A stretch of 63,148 bases of DNA, filler included, from Atractiella rhizophila (Eukaryota): assembly GCA_021432655.1 (NCBI GenBank). It is 8 parts of 8 records of this genome, joined end to end, with 100 filler letters (N's around TTAATTAATTAA, not from the genome) between each part and the next. Parts side by side here need not be neighbours in the genome. Positions count along the whole stretch, not along the records: positions 1 to 9,262 come from MU272120.1; positions 9,363 to 18,587 come from MU272121.1; 6 more parts are not named here. The stretch is one strand, 5' to 3'. The translations under genes were made by a program, and so were the position numbers. Below the pieces are notes generated by a model. It made no database searches. It saw only the letters and a program-made list of their open reading frames with translations, and was not told the DNA's origin. Each line of letters opens with the position of its first letter. The stretch's first letter is position 1. Below are positions 1 to 12,236 of the stretch, piece after piece.

Positions 1-2041
1 ATTTGTGGAACAGACGAATACGGAACTGCAACAGAAGTCAGAGCGATACAAGATAATGTCACACCTTTAGAGTTGTGCAACAAATATCATGCACTCCATC
101 GACAAATCTACGAATGGTTCGAACTATCTTTTGACCATTTCGGACGGACAACGACGGAGGAGCACACTATGTTTGTCTTCTTTTCTCTCTCTCTGTTGCT
201 CCTTAAACGGACGGGGTTGATGTTCGCCTTTGGACAGGGTGAATCAGAACGCTATCAAAAAGCTTTACGAAAACAACTACCTCTATCCCCTCAAACAAGA
301 ACAACTGTACTGTCCCAGCTGCTCTCGCTTTCTGGCTGATCGATACGTCACGGGTACCTGTCCGAATACTGCCTGTAACTACGAAGATGCGCGAGGCGAT
401 CAATGCGACAAGTGCGGACGGACACATTCTCCCCTTGAGCTGATCAAGCCAAAATGCACCATCTGCGGCTCTCAGCCTGAGACTCGAGAAACTGAGAACC
501 TTTACTTGAAGTTGGGAGAGCTTAGCGGAAGGGTAGCAGACCACGCGAGGGAGATGGCTGGTGTGAAGTTGGAGGATGAGGGTGGAGTGGAGGGGGAAGA
601 GGAGAAAGAAGTGGAAGGAGAGGAGAAAGAGGCTGTGGTTGGAGAGGAAGGAAAAGGAGTTTGGAGCATTCAAGCGAAGAGGATCACGAAGAGTTGGCTC
701 AAGATGGGCTTGCTCGATATGTGCGTGACGAGGGATCTAAAGTGGGGAGTGCCCGTGCCTATGGAACAATGGAAAGACAAGGTGGCGTATGTCTGGTTTG
801 GTGCGTTGATTGGTCGCTCTCCTTCCTCGTAGTTACATGCTGAATAAAAATGGTCATCAGATGCTCCATTTGGATATCCAAGCATTACGGCAAACTATAC
901 GAAGGAATGGGAAAAGTGGTGGAGGAATCCAGACGAGGTTCGCCTCGTGCAGTTCATGGGCAAAGATAACGGTTTGTGCCGAGGGGTACACGCTTGTGTT
1001 TGGTATCTAACTTTGTCGGCACAGTTCGATTTCACACTGTTCTGTGGCCTGCTGCCCTCTTCGGGACGGGGGAGAAATGGACTATGCTCGACTCCATCTC
1101 CGTAACGGATTACTTAAACTAGTTCGTCTTTTCTCATTTAAAAATGTTGGTATATTTATTTCTTTCGGTGTGAATACAGTGAAGGAACCAAATTCTCAAA
1201 GTCTCGAAATGTTGGCGTTTTTGGAGATGCCGTCGCGAAGACTGGCCTACCATCATCCGTCTGGCGTTACACTCTCATTTCTAACCGTCCTGAGTCTGGT
1301 GACTCCCAATTCTCGTGGTCAGACATGGTCCTCAAGTCGAATGGGGAGCTGTTGAACAACATAGGCAATCTTGTAAATCGAGTGATGAAGTTCGCCAACT
1401 CCAAATTCGACTCCGTCATCGGTCCTACCGAGGATGATCTGGAGAAGGGAGTAGAGGCGTTGACAAACGAGATGGACAAGGAGCTTGTGAGGGATGTGGA
1501 GAAGTTGCTTGGAGAATATCAGCGATATATGGAGGCATTCAAATTTCGGCAAGGTCTCAAGATGTTCCTTGAGATCTCCGGACGCGCAAATCAATATCTG
1601 CAGGACAACAAGTTGGACAACAATCTCTTTGCCAATCAGCCAAAACGGTGTTCTCAAGTCCTTCTCCTCGTTTTCAACGTCATCTACCATCTCTCAGCTG
1701 TTCTCAATCCCTTCATGCCTTCGACTGAAGCTTCCATCCTTCGTCAGCTCAATGCTCCTCCTCGTATCCTTTCTGACAAATTTACAATCGACATTTTGCC
1801 TGGACACAAACTCAATAAGGCCGAATATCTATTCAAGAAGATAGAGGAGAAGAATATAGAGATCTGGAGGAGCCAGTTTGGTGGTGGTTCGCAAACGAAC
1901 CCAGAAGAGGAGGAAAAGAAGAGAAAGAAGGAGGAAAGGAAGCGGAAGAAGGAGGAGAAAAAGGCACTGGCTCCAAAAGAGGATCAAGTGACTCCGGTCC
2001 AGAAGAATGTCAAAGAGAATGAGGTGGAAGTAGTTGCTTGA
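1..2041 (+). CDS. MES1: Methionyl-tRNA synthetase, cytosolic (5' partial, spliced)
   Basis: [12 protein letters not shown], zinc knuckles (CPSC..CPNTAC..GDQCDKC..CTIC), [16 protein letters not shown] (KMSKS) motif at ~1190, [12 protein letters not shown] anticodon domain; 4 short GT-AG introns. Confidence 0.95.
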
Positions 2042-2284
2042 TTCCGTTGTGTATTAGCAAGAATTCAATCAGTTTTGTAATTCGACGTTTGCCCTTCCCA
2101 GATGCACTTTTAACTCTCCCACCAATACGAACACTCTAGTGTCTAGGCTCTATGTAGTGTCACAATCAATGGGCAACAAAATATTTGATTTTCGAACCTT
2201 AGCGCGATCTGATCTGCTGCGTCTGTACATTAAATCAGATCCAGGTTTGCAATTGTGACATTTATACGCTCTGTTGAATAGGGG

Positions 2285-2734
2285 ATGGGGGCATTATGTG
2301 GTAAAGAAAGTCATTTCAAAGGTCCGCTCTGCCCATTTGTCTTCAAGTCTTGCGGGAGGTTCATCGTTTCTCAGGAGAAGGGCAGACGCTCGGCGGTCCG
2401 CCATCTTCGTCTTCTAAACCTCAGTCGTATGGTGCCACAAGCAACGTGCTCGGTTCTTCTTCTTCCAAGCCAACTGGCGCCTCTTCAACTGGGGGACATG
2501 CAGATGAGAGAGCAGCTCGAGCAGCTGCAGCTGAAGCTCGGGTGAAAGCAGCTCAGAGCAAGGGCATTCAGGGCACTGGCGGACAGTTGGCTAAGAAAAC
2601 AGATAGCCAAGCGCGGGATGGAGGAAGGAAGGAGGAGGCATTGAGGGTTGGCGCAGAAGGTCGGCAGGAAGACTTACGGGTACGTACTCTCCTCACGAAA
2701 GAATGGTCATTGAGGAGTCGCATAGTGGGATTAA
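2285..2734 (+). CDS. Small N-myristoylated/palmitoylated protein, SVIP-like
   Basis: Spliced MGALCGK..GEGQTLGG..ERAARAAAAEAR..GGQLAKK..LRWD*; MGxxC start and AAAAEAR / LRW motifs resemble small VCP-interacting protein families. Confidence 0.6.
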
Positions 2735-2967
2735 TTCAAATGACCTCTTTTACCATTAAATTTCATTGTCTTAAGCCGTTGCTTGAGTCGATATCCGAGT
2801 TATCTATCTTGTTGCCGTAATTCCATTGTATTTCTATTCTGTTCAAGCGACATGCATCCCAGGACAGCCAGTTTTCATTCGCGTGAGCCCACGTGGAGCC
2901 AATTTGTCCTTAAGCACAGGACAAGCAGAATGTTGCAATCTCGGATCATGGATTCCTCCCACGCCTT

Positions 2968-5153
2968 TTATGAGATCCATTCCACTGAACATATTTCCTC
3001 GAATTCCTTCTCCTGTTCCACTCTCACCAAAGGCACCGTAGCCCAATAACTAAGCGCTGCCTGTCGCTGCATTGCCTTCTCCCTCCTCTCTTCCTCCTGC
3101 GCTCCATTCCACGACAGATCCATAAGAGTTTCAGGAGGTAGAATTGCCTCAAATAAGAGGGAGAGAAGTGCCGTCTGTTCTCCGTAACCTGTTTGGAGGG
3201 TGGAGACTGTATCGACTGTCACGGAGCGATGAGTTGGAGAATGCTAAAGGTGAGATGGGGAGAGGCGAAACTAACCGAAACGAGAGAGAGGCCAAGTCAG
3301 CCATGCAGGCTTTGAGAAAGACCATTCTATGCCTCTCGCCTTCGAGGCATCGATGAGTAGTCGTTCCAAGGCGTCCACTGTCTGCTCCATTTGTTCAATC
3401 ATCGATCGCTGGCCGCCATCCAGAGTCAGCTATTTAGCGAGGACGGCGCGAAACTGGTTAAGGGGATATTGACCAATTGTGCCATCGTGTTTTGTAAGGC
3501 AGAGAGCAGGTCGGAGAGCTCTTGAGATTTTTGCAGGATGTAGTCTGTCCGCAGGTTCTCCCTCACAGAAGCGGAAGAGGTGGTGAGCGAGTCGAGGGAA
3601 GCGAGCGCCGAACTGGAACAACAAATCGTCAAAAGCTTCCTTCCAGGTAAGGCCGAAATGCGAGTGCCTTTTTTTAACCTCTTCAGTTTCATGAGAGAGA
3701 AAGTTACAATTCGTCCCTTCAATCAGGGAACAGTTAAATCGTGTGCAGTTTTAAATAAATGGGTTTTCCAAAACAAACTGTATTCTTTGTCTCCCTCTTC
3801 TGGAAAACAATCTCGCACTCCTTTCTTAGGGCATTTATCTTCCTTGCGGAAAAAGATTACGAAATTGAGGTCTGGAAATAAGTCGCAATTCAGTTGGAAC
3901 GGAAACTGACTGAACGGTACTGAATCGCCTGTCCCGTGGCTGTGGAGGCATGTCCCGGTGAAGTGAACAAGTTAAAGAGTTAAAAGAGAGGTTAACAATG
4001 GCTCCCGCTATCTAAGCCTCCTGCCATCACGGTAAAAGAAAATTCAACACCGTAAATCATAGCTTACACCTTCGGCAGTTCTCACTGACCAGCATACGTC
4101 GTCTTGCCCATAAAGACCGCGTAGCAAATAAAAATCGCAGATGACACTCCTCCACAGAATCTCCCGTCACATCCTCGTGCTACACGGCCTGGGGAACGTA
4201 GCACAAGGCTTCTACGCTATCCTCTACCCCTCCTCCTGGGCACTCAAAGCCGGACCAGGTTTCGCGACTGCGAGCTCCCAGGCGGTCCAAAGCATTGGTT
4301 AGTCAACACGCATGCTTGTTGGTCTTGCACAGCTACTCATTAAATCCTTTCTGCGTTTCGATGTTCGATAATACGATATTGGGATGTTCAACGATCGAAG
4401 CACTGGGATGCCTTGGTGTGGGAATTTATAGTTTCTTTGGCGCTTTGACCGGGGATAGAAGGTTCTTTATTATCACTTGTGGACTCAGAACTGTTTTTGC
4501 GATTGTGGTCGCCTTGAATTGGGGAAAAGAAAATACAGGAGTAGTGGCTTATGAGAGTGTGGTAGCTGTTATCGCTGCCGGCGCCGCTTTGTTATGACGC
4601 TGGAGCATGTAGTGACTTTTATGTAGAGTTCAGCGATCTGGATGGTCTAAGCGAGCGCTAGGAAATTGATGTCCAGATATTGTTTCACACAACCAATTCT
4701 GTGTCATCAATCTCAGAGAGGAGATAACATCAACTGAGGAGAGTGCGAGCGGCACTTTCAAGGAAAAGATTTTTGGTATGACAGTAGAGAAGGCAAATGC
4801 GAGTGATTTCAGCATCGAAAGAAGCAAATGCAAGCTGAATTCACAAAGCGAATAAAATCTCACCTCATCTCATCCGCTATCTCCACGATCTTCCTCGCAT
4901 TTCCCAATCCCTCTACTCCAAGAACGAGGGCAATCCATCCCTTTCTAATTTTCCTGTGATCTGCCAATAAAATTTTCAGCTTCTTGTGATATGGCGTCTC
5001 TGCGACGGTTCCGATTTGCGATGGTCCTAGTTTCGAGGGAGTCTTTGAAGGGGTGCCGTTGGGAGATTCCGGTGGTGCTGAGCTGCCTCGTTTGGTAGGC
5101 GTGGTTGGAGGGGTGTTGAGGGAATAGCGCGGTTTGGCAGAAGGTCGTGGCAT
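2968..5153 (-). CDS. Conserved basidiomycete protein, CINP-like C-terminus; contains 1251-nt first intron
   Basis: Exon 1 5153-4864 (..ETPYHKKLKILL..EIADEM), GTGAG donor at 4863, CAG acceptor at 3613, phase-2 join stays in frame (SSALASLDSL..TMAQL), then RSMIEQ..KARGIEWSFSKPAWLTWPLSRF / VDTV..YWATVPLV..FEEICSVEWIS*. Confidence 0.7.
4141..4597 (+). CDS. Small multi-pass membrane protein (~117 aa), nested antisense in the intron of the 2968-5153 gene
   Basis: ATG 4141, intron 4298-4400 (GTTAGT..AAG), spliced frame open: MTLLHRISRHILVLHGLGNVAQGFYAIL..SIALGCLGVGIYSFFGAL..IAAGAALL*; about 4 hydrophobic segments. Confidence 0.75.
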
Positions 5154-5602
5154 GATGAGAAGACTCGATTCTGGGCACAGGGTGGAGTAGATTGGCTGAA
5201 ATATGCAGGATCAAGCTTCCAGATTTAGCGATGTAGCAATGCGACTGATGGTTCCTTTCGATGCGCACAGTTCAACCACTACTTTAGAAGAACTTGATTT
5301 CCGGACAAGGTCACGTGTCTAGGCGCGATCTTTAGAATAGACAGGCTCAAACAAAAGGAAAGGACTTGAGCCCTATCTATTCTTGTCATCGTAACATTCT
5401 TCACATCCTTTGCATTCTCGCAGACCAGAGACACCCATTTCTTTCTTACTTCACAAACTCCCCGTTAATTGCTTCCGCTCGCTTGCCGCTCCTGCCGCTC
5501 AGGAAGGTCTTCTCTTTTCGCGCAAATTCGTCGACCATCTCCTAGCATCTCCAAAGCCCCAGCGCTCCAGAGCAGTACAAGGAGCTCGTAGAAACAGACA
5601 CG

Positions 5603-7626
5603 ATGTCACGTTCGACATTCCGCGACTCGCGTTTTATCTCTTTTCTTCCCTTCATGCAGCAGAAGAAGTCTTCGCTTTTGGTAGACGAAGAACGCGAGGA
5701 CGAAGTTAACGAACGCACTGCGTTGTTGGAGGACCAAAAGAAGAAGAATGGGAAGGGGAAGAGCACCCCGTTGCCTAAAGGGCAGTTGTTCGTTCTTTGC
5801 GCTATGCGCTTTACAGAGGTCCGTTCCTTTTGTCCCTTCCCCTCCTCGCCTGCCGGAGCTGATTTCGCGTTTGTGGATGACGGCGGGCTGAATAGCCGAT
5901 CGTTTTCACTTGCATCTTCCCATTCGTCAACCTCATGATTGAGGATCTCGGAATCACCGATGATCCGAAGAAGGTGGGATATTACGCTGGGTTCATAGTA
6001 TGTGTTTCAACCTGCATTCTCTGCCTTGCTTTCCGTTGCCGCCGGAGGAGAAACCCACCTATTCATCCTTTCCGTTTCCAAGCTGTGCAAACCTGACGCC
6101 GACGAAACATGACAGGAATCAGTCTTCGCCCTCACCCAATTCCTGACCATCCTTCACTGGGGCCGACTGTCCGACATCATAGGCCGGAAGCCCATCATGT
6201 TAACTGGTCTGGCTGGTGTCACGCTCTCCTCGTTATGTTTCGGACTCTCGACGACCTTCCCTGCCCTTGTCGCAAGTAGAGCGCTAGCTGGAGCCTTGAA
6301 TGGAAACATTGCAGTTTTGAAGAGCATCATTGGAGAAATCACCGATAGATCGAATGTGGCTAGGGCTTTCAGCTTTTTGCCTCTTTGTTGGGCTTTGGGA
6401 GTCGTCATAGGGTTCGTCACTGCCTGCTCCCCTTCTCCTATTTGTAGTTGATTGCTCATAATTCAAACCTAGTCCTCTATTAGGTGGTTTTCTCAGCCGG
6501 CCAGCCACTAGGTATCCGAATGTATTTGGCCGGTTCGAGTTCCTGCATCATTATCCCTACTTTCTACCAACGGCAGCGGCGGCGGTCTTTCCTGCTATCT
6601 CTTTCGTTCTCGGATTCCTCTTTCTCAAAGAGGTTCGTATACCCTCCCAATCTCTCCTTCCCGAGGCATTTCTTCGCATTCATTGATCATGGCTTCACTG
6701 CGCAGACCCTCCCATCCAAAGTGGCTCGATCAAAAGCGGTCGCAGAAGGAGAACCGGTGAAGAAAGTAGAGAGAGCACCGTTGATGGATTTATGGAGCAA
6801 GAAGATAGTCGCGCTCCTCATCAATTATGGACTCCTCGCTCTCGAGACTATATCACTCGATGCACTCATCACCCTCTTTTGTTATACCCGAGTCGAGCTT
6901 GGAGGATTAGGCATGGATGAGTCTAGCATAGGGTCCGTCGTCATCCTTCACTGTTTAGTTGAGTAGTTTGCTGAGTGATGGGAATAGGAAAGCGCTCAGC
7001 TACGCTGGATTCCTCAGTATCCTTGTTCAACTCTTCATCTTCCCTCCGCTGCAGAAGAGGATCGGTACGGTGGCCCTCTACAGGAGCATGATGGCTCTTT
7101 ATCCCATCGTATTTGCCCTCTTCCCTCTATCTAACGTTTTCGCACGAAAGGGAGACATGAAGTCTGCACAAGGAGTATTGTGGACTATACTTACCATTAA
7201 GGTTATAGCCAACATGGTCTATGGTTTGTTTTCCTCCACCCTTCAGTGTCTCATAGCTCTCGTTGCTAACTGAAACTATCCGGATCGACTATAGCCTGTA
7301 ACATGATTCTCGTCAACGCTGCCGCTCCATCTCCATCTCTTTTAGGGACAATGAATGGTATAGCCCAATCGGTGGCGAGCGGCATGCGAGCCTTGGGACC
7401 GGCAGCGTCAACCTCACTTTTTGCACTGAGCGTACAAAAGAATGTGATGGACGGAAAGCTCGTCTGGGTCGTCTTTTCTACCATCGCCGCTGGCGCGTTC
7501 GGGACCAGCTGGTTACTGCATGATGAGAGGACGGATGACGAAAAGAAGGATGAGGAGAGGGAGGAGAACGAGAGGAGGAGGGCAGCTATGGAGGGGTTGG
7601 AGGAGGAGGAGGACGCAATCGCTTGA
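5603..7626 (+). CDS. MFS transporter (ZIF/TCR-Tet-like drug:H+ antiporter type)
   Basis: TPLPKGQLFVL, WGRLSDIIGRKP motif A, ALNGNIAVLKSIIGEITD, LGTMNGIAQSVASGMRALGP; 6 short introns. Confidence 0.9.
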
Positions 7627-7755
7627 GAAGTTTGAAAAAAAGGCCTCTCATGAGGATGTACATTATCTAGTTTTTGGAGTGTAGCAGTACATATAGAATA
7701 TAGAGTTGACGTAATGATACAACATATACCAACATATTACGGGTAAATAGCGTTG

Positions 7756-9262
7756 TTACAGAATGTCTTGACAGAAAGTACCCCACTTCAACACCATTGA
7801 CCGGACCCAAAGTTCATAGTCGCCCTTCGTGGCTTTGAATAACTCCTTATGTTCCCTTTTACAATCATTACACTCTCCCCTGACCTGCTCAGCCCTTCCC
7901 GCCATCTCAATGAGACAAAGACGCTCCCAACGCTTGTGATTCCTGCCACCTTCGGACGATACCTGCTGAGCGCCAGCGATCCGTGTCCCATGCACACCGC
8001 CAGACAAAGGGTAGAAGTCGCGAAGAACGAGCTGGCGAGATGGACATTGTGCTCGCCATTGAGAGAGGCGTGCAACGGGATGGAGGGAACGTCCAAGCTT
8101 TATATATGTCGTGCTTGAAGCCGAGGAAGAGGAGGAGGCGAGGAGGAGCTCGTAGACATAGATGTGCCCTGCAATATCCCTATGTTCAAGAAGAAAAGTT
8201 AGATCACGACAAAAATACGACGACTACAGACTTTGGATTCCGGTCTTTCCCCACTTCAAGCCGGAGCATCAATCGAGTTTCCTCAGGTAGAGATTCATCT
8301 ATCCAGTCCTTAAACTCGATCCATTTTCCATTCACAAATGTGCCTTTCTCCCCAAGAACCTTAATTCTCATCAGTCTCGAGTAAAAGAAAGGTCGAATGG
8401 GACAAACCTGTTTCGAATGCTGAAAACAGAACCGTCGAACTCCATAATCTTCTGCATCGTCCGCAATACCTAACTCTGACAAGCGCAAAACCTCATCCAG
8501 AGCGTCCAAGTCCGTCTGCGTAATACCTGACGAGGTAGTCTGTACCATCCTTGTGCACCGCTTCCCTGTCGAAGTCGTTCCAGAGCACTGAACCCCATCC
8601 TTCCCTGCACTCAATGACGACGGGGTGGGAGAAGGAGAAGGAGCCCGCTTCTTCCGCTTGGGCGTGATTGCAGTGTCAGACACTGAATGTGCGTGATTGG
8701 AGGTGTTGACGGCAGGATGAAGGTGTGTAGCAGTTGAAGACGATGTGGGAGGGACTGGAGCTGGAGGTGAGGAGTAAGTGCGTTGATGATATGGCTTTCG
8801 TGGAGGTGGCGGTAGGGAAGCCCCGACGGAAGACGATAAAGGAGGATGCGAAGGCTGCTGAGGGGTGACCACAGGACGTGGAGGTCGAATCCTAGCAATC
8901 CCATCGGACGGAAAGCTCGCAGGAATAGACGCTGTAGGGATCCAGGGTTCTGGCATTCTCAGCCTGTCGTCCCGCTCAGGCTCAACTTCCACATTGAACA
9001 CTGGTGGGGTCGGGAGCACAGCGACTCCAGGAGCGTGCCACGGTTTAGCGTAGAGGAGTGGTGGCTTGCCGCCATTCCCAACTGTGGAGATGCTTCGAGG
9101 TTTTGGAGGCGACGGAGGCGGCGGTCGTCCCGTCAATGGAAGCTCTGTGGCACTCACTGAAGCTTGCACACCTCCACCTGTGCGGCGGATTCCCAGTGCC
9201 GGATCTGGTAAAGGTCGTGGTCCCCAACCTATCCCTCCATCGTCAGAATCTGGGATACACAA
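7756..9262 (-). CDS. T5orf172/MUG113 (GIY-YIG-like, DUF1766) domain protein, 5' partial
   Basis: Pro-rich N-terminus, QCSGTTSTGKRCTR..FCFQH, GHIYVYEL..YIKLGRSLHPVARLSQWRAQC, ERLCLIEM..CNDCKREHKELF. Confidence 0.8.
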
Positions 9263-9362
9263 NNNNNNNNNNNNNNNNNNNNNNNNNNNNNNNNNNNNNN
9301 NNNNNNTTAATTAATTAANNNNNNNNNNNNNNNNNNNNNNNNNNNNNNNNNNNNNNNNNNNN
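9263..9362. other. Artificial contig linker
   Basis: 100 nt of N with central TTAATTAATTAA (stops in six frames). Confidence 0.99.
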
Positions 9363-10172
9363 GATATATTGAGCGCGCTAATACGATATCGTGCAGGCAC
9401 ACTCGCATTTTCTCACCGCGAAGGCCGTGACGAAGGACGAAGCGGATAGATATGACTGGAGCAGCATGGTTGCTGCCCATCGTCTGGCAGCTGGTGCGGA
9501 CCCTTTGCAGTACTTCTTTCAGATGTCGACGGAGGGAAATCTGATTTCGCCTACAGGAGACCTTACCGTCCTTTGGCTTCCAGCTCGTCAATCCAGCTCC
9601 AGAACGCGTCGATGGACCAGAGTAGTGGAAGTCAGGCCGACGGATCCTCGTAGTCTTCAAATTTCTTGTACATGTTTTTGGAAAGACGTTGTGGAGAAAA
9701 AGAAAAGGCTCCCTGCAACAGGGCAGACAACACGACAGACAACGTTAGATCTTCCAACCAAACCGCATCCCTTACACCTTACATATCTACATCCTCACTC
9801 TCTGCTCTTCACACCCCCACACTTTGAATTCAAAGAACTGAATTGAAGGGACAAACATGAGAATTACTGAGAAAGAAGCCAATAAAATAAATGGAGATGA
9901 ATTTAAAACACGTAAAGACTGGATTGATTCGATTACTACTATCAGCTGTCGAGAAGGAATGTGTGTAGTGTGTGATGAAATGTGATGGAAATGCATCCAA
10001 TGAAAGTCAATCTCAATCGTCATGAAATGTGTATGTAGGTGAAGTCACAATGTTCTGCTCACGAAACATTCTCCATCGCTGGAATGTATACGCTCGAAAC
10101 GATCCATCCACTCCACCATACGTCCACCCAAAGGAATGCTCTACCTTCTGATAACAAATCTCATACGTCCTT

Positions 10173-11511
10173 TCAGAAGAAGAAAGCAGCCATCATCGCT
10201 CCGCCGACGGAAACAGCGACTGCGAATCCACCAGCCTTCAATCCATTCGCGGCGGAATTACCCCCATTATTGCCCGCGGCACCACTAGTGGTCGTCGGCT
10301 GAGCCTGACCAGTTCCTGTTGTCTGGGAGGATCCAGTCTGCGTAGAAGAGGAAGAGGTCGTCGTGGTCGTGGAAGATGAGGATGATTGACCAGGCGGTAC
10401 CCAAGCTGCTGCTCCGTTGGTGGGGAGGGCGGAGATGACCCGACAATTGGAGGAGGCGGGAATGGGATGCGGGTCAGGCGTCACTGGATCTCCTTGATGG
10501 AAGGTCGAGGACCCGTAGATTCCTTGGAGGGGAGCCGTGTCGCCAGAGCAGGAGTCAAAGGTACCGGACGAGTAGTCTGTTATCCATCCGCCATCGTTAG
10601 CTCCTCATTCATTCCTACCTCCAATTGTGGTTTGAAGAAGAAAACGAACCAGCAGGGATATCTGAATGCCAAGGTCAGTCATCACATAGTGACAGAGAAG
10701 TAAGGAGGGCGTACTCCAACGACAGCCCAACACGTCATAGATGTGCTCGCACCTCTGTGGCGCGCTGGGATCTGAATCCTTACAAGCCCTCAAACAGAAC
10801 TCTGTCGCACCCTGGAAGTTGGTCCACTCATGGACCTGCTGGAGCTGTCCGAAGGCGGAAGAAAAGACGAGTCCTCCGATCGGGTTTCCGTTCCCGTCTG
10901 CACCGTGAGGGTCCATCTCTCCTCCTGAATCCCCAGCTGGGATACCGATCTTGGTGAAGTCTCCCTATCCAAAACCTTCAGTGCCTATGTCGAGGTTAGT
11001 GGAGGAAGGAAGACAAACGACACCAGTGATTTGAACGTAGTTTTCGGTCTGAATGAAGTGCGCGCCGAGGATGGTACCATCGGGAATGAGACGAGTTCCA
11101 TACCCTTCGAAAAAAGAGCGAGCTAAGTACGTAGTTCCAAAAAAGGAGGGGAGGGGACAGACCAGGCCGTGTGCAGTAAGCGACGGCAACACGTTCGATA
11201 GTTCCAATGGTCGCATTCACACCGTCGGAGTAAGGAGGTCCCCAAATACCTACGTTTCCCATTTCGTGTTATCCCTCGGCTGCTTTTAGGGCAGAAGGAT
11301 AAGACATACAGAAGTCCTCGAGGGAGTTGATGTACGCATTTTGGCACAACGAATCCTGACTGCTTTCTCCCCACTCTTCGCACCTGTTCGTGCCCGCCTG
11401 ACCTTCTTCAGTTTGAGCTGGGACAGAGGATGGGAGGTAAGTGGCCGAGTATCGTTGTGCGGTGATAACTGGGACGAAAGGAAGGGATGCGATGAGGATG
11501 GAGGACAACAT
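10173..11511 (-). CDS. Secreted GPI-type mannoprotein, Cryptococcus MP88-like
   Basis: Signal peptide, CQNAYINSLEDFC, VAYC..GTRLIPDGTILGAHF..YVQITG, GGEMDPHGADGNGNPIGGLV, CEHIYDVLGC, Ser/Thr-rich tail plus hydrophobic C-terminus. Confidence 0.85.
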
Positions 11512-12236
11512 TCTGAAGAGGGACGAAATTAGCAGTATGGATTAGATCGATTAGCGACAAAAAACACTAGCAGAAGAGCGAGGAAAGGCTTTTATATGAA
11601 CTCCTTCGCTTGGCTCAGCGGGCAGCTGGAGCCAAGAAGCTCAAGACTGGACACATTCCGTCTCACCGCGTTCTGCTTCGTCCCAAGAACACACCACTTC
11701 TTTCCATCCACGCTGATCTTCAGCGTATATAACACTAGTTGAAGGTAGGCTTTCATGCCCAGAGCCGAACGTCGTAAGCTTCTGAAGTAAAGAGTTCGAG
11801 ATGTTTGCACGAAGCAGACAAGAGTCGCCAGCTCTTGGAAAAGCTTGGAACTCAACTCAACTCAACTCCGCCACCCGTTGAATAACTTCATACGGTGCTA
11901 TTCTATAGATATGTGCAAACCTGACATTGGCTCCTAAGGATAAGGAACTGTTCTCGGATGATGATTGCACAAAAAGTTTGCCTCAGTGGGCATCACCTGA
12001 CATAATTCATGTGTTCACTGCGAGCATGTGGTGGTTCAAATTTAAACAAGTTATGACATGACAATGGAGACAGCAGGGGAGCAAGGTGACCATTTAACTT
12101 TAACTCTTCAGTCAAAACACCGAAAACAGACATGCCCATGGCGCCTCCTTCCAGCATCAGCCTTTCGACGAGGTTCGAAGTATAAATTCCAGCTAAATCC
12201 ATTTGAAGTATGTATGAAGTAAGGACCCATACTTGT

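Noticed and set aside
4625..4720. Possible intronic box C/D snoRNA (minus strand TTGATGA..CTGA, ~80 nt)
   Set aside because: Imperfect C box, poor terminal stem and no exact rRNA-complementary guide recognised; snoscan/Infernal would be needed
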